Shown: in pieces, positions 59,348-64,000 of the stretch | Numbering within the stretch: the first letter of the stretch is position 1 | Layout of the letters: each line of letters begins with the position of its first letter | Source: Anolis carolinensis | Lineage: Eukaryota | Length of the DNA stretch: 64,000 bases | Reading direction: 5' to 3' | Assembly: GCF_035594765.1 (NCBI RefSeq) | Contig: NC_085841.1 | Location: forward strand, 263,778,525 to 263,842,524 | Program-made: the position numbers and the translations under genes | Notes under the pieces: model-generated | Told to the model about the DNA's origin: nothing | What the model saw: only the letters and a program-made list of their open reading frames with translations | Databases searched by the model: none

Positions 59348-62300
59348 GTAAGGTTTCTGTTAGCGTGAATAGTAATTGGATCAGGTCCAGAAATGATTAT
59401 CTGTAGGTATAATATCATACTGTGTAAGTATTTGAGGCCCTCTAGTGTTTCAACTATGTTAGAAGCATCATTTTCTATGGAAGAGATCCCTTAACTCCTG
59501 TCCTATCCTGAAGAGAGTGACAATATTGCAAAGACACTACTGCTTACAACTGAGCAATCACAGCAAATGCAAATCCTAAAAATATACGGTACTTAAAATG
59601 GAAATGTTTAGTTGTTCTTGCTTGTCTTTGTGAACATATATATATAAGCATGGAGTCAAAATTATAAGTAATCCCATACACACACACACAAGTCATAGCT
59701 AATTTTCTTTGTGTTACTTATTTCATATTTCTGTCAGAGACTTGGTGATAAAGGATAAGATGAGCTTTTTCTAGTGTTTTTGACAAAGGGGAATGATTTC
59801 AAGTCTGAAAATATTCATATATACAGCTGAACTTTAATTTCTTTAGCAGAGTGGCTGGTGAAAAAAGTGTAATATCTTCAGAGAATATGAGAATGGAAAC
59901 ATTTATTGGAGTAAACATTAAAAAGCAATATTGTAGACACTGTACAAAACTTCATTTGTATGTCCAAGGCAGTAGAAGCCAGAAAGATACCTGCATTTGA
60001 TATCAGGCTGTAAAATTATAGGAAATAAAATTCAGACTTTGTTTGGTATTATTTATCTCTTTATTTAGATATGTGATTGTACAGTGGTTTATATTGCTTA
60101 TCTTGTATGTATAACATAGTTGATTTCCTTGGAAGGCAAGCTATTTATTCTAGGAATGCCGTATTATTCTCTGAAGATAATACCTTAGGGAAATAGCAGT
60201 ACAACCACCATATCCATTGGGCCATTACCTGTAGTTTCATTTACTCACACCTGACAAAATATACATTTTCTAGGTCAACCTGCATGACTCAATGGTCAAC
60301 ATCTGACAGAAGTTATTTGTTCAATAGGATTCACTGTTGCCCATGATTTCACATATCCATACAAAGTCCTGCAATGTATCTGCGCGGTGATGTGGGTCAT
60401 GCTGTATATTCAACTGCACTTACTGCAGATCTGGCTAATAGAATTTAGACTTCAGGTAAAATAATGGGAATGTCTCTACTTACTTCATTTGACTTTCAGT
60501 CTGGATCAGACCTCTCCCACTTGTATACCTCATCAAGGAAGCTTTCTTGCTTTGGCAGTATGTACACTGAAATTTCTAGGTTTATCTTGCACACATCTGA
60601 ACACCTGGCAGCTATCCTTTCCTTCATGGAAGTAATAACATGGTGCATTTCCACTGAATGTCTTGCTTTTAAAATGTAGGAAAATTGGATAGTAATTATC
60701 CCTGTAATTTCACATCTTAGCACTTTGAGCAAATTTATGGATGTGTTTGAAAGACCAACATTCACACACATCTGTTTTGAGGAGAGGATTGAGTTTTCTT
60801 GACAGCATCGTGCATCCTATTTGGCAATAATCTTCCATATCTTTATAATTAAATATACCAGTGTTCTAAAATCTATTCTAAATGAAGCTTTCCCATATTA
60901 TTTTATCTGCCATGGGAAGACTGATCCTTGTAGAATATTTCACGCATGAAATCCAATTTTTAGTTCCATTTGAACCAATGAGAACTTTGTATATCAGTAT
61001 GTTTCCAATTTGTAGTTGATCAATTCAGTATTGAGTATCCATTGGACAGCAATTGGATTCATTGGATCTTCCCTAGTTGGGATTGCCTATTGTGGAAGAG
61101 GGAAGACTGGCCAGATCTCTTGGCCCGAATGTCTTCCAGCTGTGTCAATTAATATTTGGTAGTCTTAGAATGATAGACATTACTCATTCCATTTAACCTC
61201 TACAGTACAGGTAGCTAAGAAGTTGTGGAAAAGTTCCCTTGCTAATGAGACTATAATTGGTCAGTGTGTATGGAAACATTGTACGTGTTTCTTTTATGTG
61301 CCTGTTCCAACATCTTTTATTCTGTTTGTCCATATAGCCTTACATATGCACTGTACAACATATCCAACATTGTACTGTGATTGTCAATTGCAGAGGCACT
61401 GAAAATCACAATTCCAACAATTCCAGTGGTTTGCTACAATGGTGTTGAAATATGACTGCTACCCACTATGAAAACTAGTTCAATTTCTCAAATGCCTCTG
61501 CAGCACCCACCCATTTTTTCTTTCTGTCCATTTGTGTTTCTCTTTGTTGGTCTTGTTCCCTCCAGTTCATGAATCTGTCAGATGCATCGCACTATCATGT
61601 GTCTACCTTTCTCCAGTGATTAAATGGTTAATTACTTTAAATTGATAACTGGTAGTCTGCATCTTCTAGGTTTTTTTCAGGCAGTTTTTAGCTATTTCAT
61701 TTTAAGGTAATTTCCCCCCTTTTTTTTTGCAGAAAACTAACCTCAAAGTTAAGTCTAAAATCTTTCTTCCTTTTCTTATGATAATGGCAATTTTACATAT
61801 CGGAACTCTATGAAGATGTCCTCCAAAACCAGCAGAATGTTTACCAAGAGATGAGCAGCACCAATTCTCATATGAAAGATACATGGCCCCACCCCCCTGT
61901 CCTATAATTTGGCATGTGATAAACGTGTTGCCTAAATCATCATAAACCTGTGTTCCAATTTGGTGTGTTGCCACAAGCCTCTGTAATGTGTGCATTGAGC
62001 CTGTGAGATGCCAAATGATGATTGTTTTGCTAGAGATGAATGAGTCAAATTGCCATATATATGCTGCAAGACCAAGTTATAGTGGAGAGTGTGTGTGTGT
62101 GTGCGCGCGCGCGATGGTGTGTGTGTAACTGATGTCTCACAGACTAATCAAGCTTTAAATATTCCCAATTCGTAACATGTTTTCCTTATGCGAAATAGTC
62201 ATCTTTTTTAGCTAATTAGTTAAAACCAGGCTCATGATATTATGGGTGAGCCATATGAATGAATGCAGAAGCATCAACAGTAGCAAATACAATGCTTTTT

Positions 62301-62433
62301 AAAAATTGGATTGGAAATGGTGAACATATGTTGTATTAAGGGTAGCTTGATTTGAATCTTCTTTACTCGGGTCATCTTTCTGCAGTGGTCCTTGAGGTTT
62401 TTGAATGTTCAGTTCTTCAAGAGGGCAACAAAT

Positions 62434-62434
<1 letters not shown>

Positions 62435-62496
<62 letters not shown>
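62435..62496. repeat. (CA)n(TA)n microsatellite
   Basis: Compound dinucleotide repeat. Confidence 0.95.
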
Positions 62497-62619
62497 ACTG
62501 CAAATGTTATTTATCCTGTGTAGATGTATGGAGACTCACCTGAATATGTCTGTGGTTAGTAGTAGACAGAAAAGAGAAAATGTTTGAGAAGTTCCTTTCT
62601 CAAATATGAAGCTGAGCAA

Positions 62620-63118
62620 GCAAGTAATAAAGATGTTGAGTAGTACTGGGCCCAGAACTGAACCCTGTGGCACTCCACTAGTCACTTCTTTCAAGGATGA
62701 AGTGGAACCATTGGTGAGCACTCTTTGAGTTCGGTTGCTTAAACGATTACAGATCCACCGAATAGTAGCATTGCCTAGCCCACATTTGACTAGTTTGCTT
62801 GCAAGAAAGTCATAGGGGACCTTGTCGAAGGCCTTTCTGAAATCAAGATATGCTCCATCCATAGCATTCCCTGCATCTACCAAGGTTGTAACTCTATCAT
62901 AAAAAGAGATAGGATTAGTTTAGCATGACTTGTTTTTGAGAAATCCATGTTGATTTTTTAGTAATCACAGCATTCTTTTCTAAGTGATTGCAGACTGCCT
63001 CCTTAATGATCTGCTCTAGAATCTTTCCTGGTATTGATGTCAGGCTGACTGGATGGTAATCATTTGGGTCCTCTTTTTTTCCATCTTAAAGATAGGGACA
63101 ATATTTGCTCTTCTCCAG
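62620..63118 (-). mobile_element. CR1 LINE RT fragment, interrupted by a Gypsy insertion
   Basis: [41 protein letters not shown]. Confidence 0.9.
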
Positions 63119-63480
63119 TGTCATATAGCCAGATCCCAGGGCTGAATTTCCAAGCCCTGAATCTGACTTCATAACATAAACAATCCTGCAAGCACCTGGC
63201 GGGAGAAGATAAAATGAGCCTGGGAACTCAGGGTTGAAAGTATAAACAATTATAATTGATGTAGTGTGTGGGAATGGTAGTAATGTGATCCAGGGGGTGG
63301 GATTTGATGATGATATTTGCGTGTGGTATTACGTTGCATCAGAAGTGATAAAATTAGATGTATGTAAACATTAGGTCATTCTCAACTTTTCCAAAGTCAT
63401 GTATTCTTCAATAAAGATTGGATTTGAGAGCAGCTATCTTTGATCTGCGTTCAGACTGGTCCTTTGAAGTGAGCCTGACA
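63119..63480 (+). repeat. 5' LTR (362 bp) of a second Gypsy element
   Basis: TGTCA...TGACA ends; AATAAA ~63410; followed by a PBS-like segment and a long ORF. Confidence 0.85.
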
Positions 63481-63534
63481 TTTAAGTCGAGAATCCAGTT
63501 CTCACCCTCCTGCGGAATTCGCAGTGAAGTGATA

Positions 63535-64000
63535 ATGAGTGAAGAAGGAGATCAAAGCCCAAATGGGGCAGGGAGGCCTTTGCAAGGGGCCCGGCCGAAG
63601 AGAGAAGAGACGCTGCAAGCCATAGCTTCCTCTACGGGGTACCCCAGGCCGAACGGCGTGACCCAGAGGATTCCCAGGGGAGGAAGAGGCGTCTCTGCGG
63701 CTGCAGAAACCAGTTGGGGATCTGGAGGAAGTATGCCGGAGACCGTGGCCCTGCGGTTATCCATCCTGGAAACAAATTTATCCAGGCTGTCGGAAACCGT
63801 GGGGAGGTTGGTGCCACTATTGGAAGAGAATCTCCAAAAGGAGCCCATCCGATATGGCGCCGAGAGAGAGCCAAGTAAAGAAGGAGATTGGAGCCAGAGG
63901 GGCCAGCGAGCGTCAACGCAGAGTCCCGTGGCGGCAAGGGACGAGGGAGATGAGGAATACTGGCAGGAGCTGGAGTTCCGAGACAGAATGGCGCGCGAAG
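63535..64000 (+). CDS. gag: Probable Gag N-terminus (open to window end)
   Basis: MSEEGDQSPNGAGRP...LRLSILETNLSRLSETVGRL (coiled-coil-like); no stop in 155 codons; 54 nt after the LTR; CpG-rich. Confidence 0.7.
   Translation, partial: MSEEGDQSPNGAGRPLQGARPKREETLQAIASSTGYPRPNGVTQRIPRGGRGVSAAAETSWGSGGSMPETVALRLSILETNLSRLSETVGRLVPLLEENLQKEPIRYGAEREPSKEGDWSQRGQRASTQSPVAARDEGDEEYWQELEFRDRMARE

Noticed and set aside
9600-62600. Most 60-130 aa ORFs in the supplied track as host genes
   Set aside because: Many begin at non-ATG codons, lie in SINEs or microsatellites, or lack motifs; lengths are as expected by chance.

Overview
AT-rich vertebrate genomic DNA from a squamate lizard. The repeat complement (Sauria SINE, 5S-derived SINE, BovB/RTE, CR1, L2, L1, R4/Dong, Penelope, hAT and Tc1/mariner MITEs, Helitrons) is typical of Anolis. 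No host protein-coding gene is recognisable; the window looks intronic or intergenic, with a few weak candidate small exons. At 2255-9533 there is a nest: a mariner MITE contains a SINE and a Helitron, the Helitron contains a defective Tf1/sushi-type chromovirus (gag, PR-RT-RH-IN-chromodomain), and its 3' LTR contains a solo LTR of a sister subfamily. Most notable observation: both sister LTRs carry an ~85-codon U3 ORF that overlaps the pol stop (TGATG), shows signs of protein-level constraint, and ends in RRSLRIAA, resembling the HMGN nucleosome-binding core RRSARLSA. An unrelated decayed LTR at 46191 shows the same architecture (acidic tract, then LRRSH[W/R]LA). Also seen: tRNA-independent self-priming signals in two Gypsy elements, a twin-primed R4/Dong insertion keeping a structured 5' leader, and decayed minimal hammerhead ribozymes in Penelope remnants. 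All alignments and counts were done by eye; family names come from recall, not database searches.
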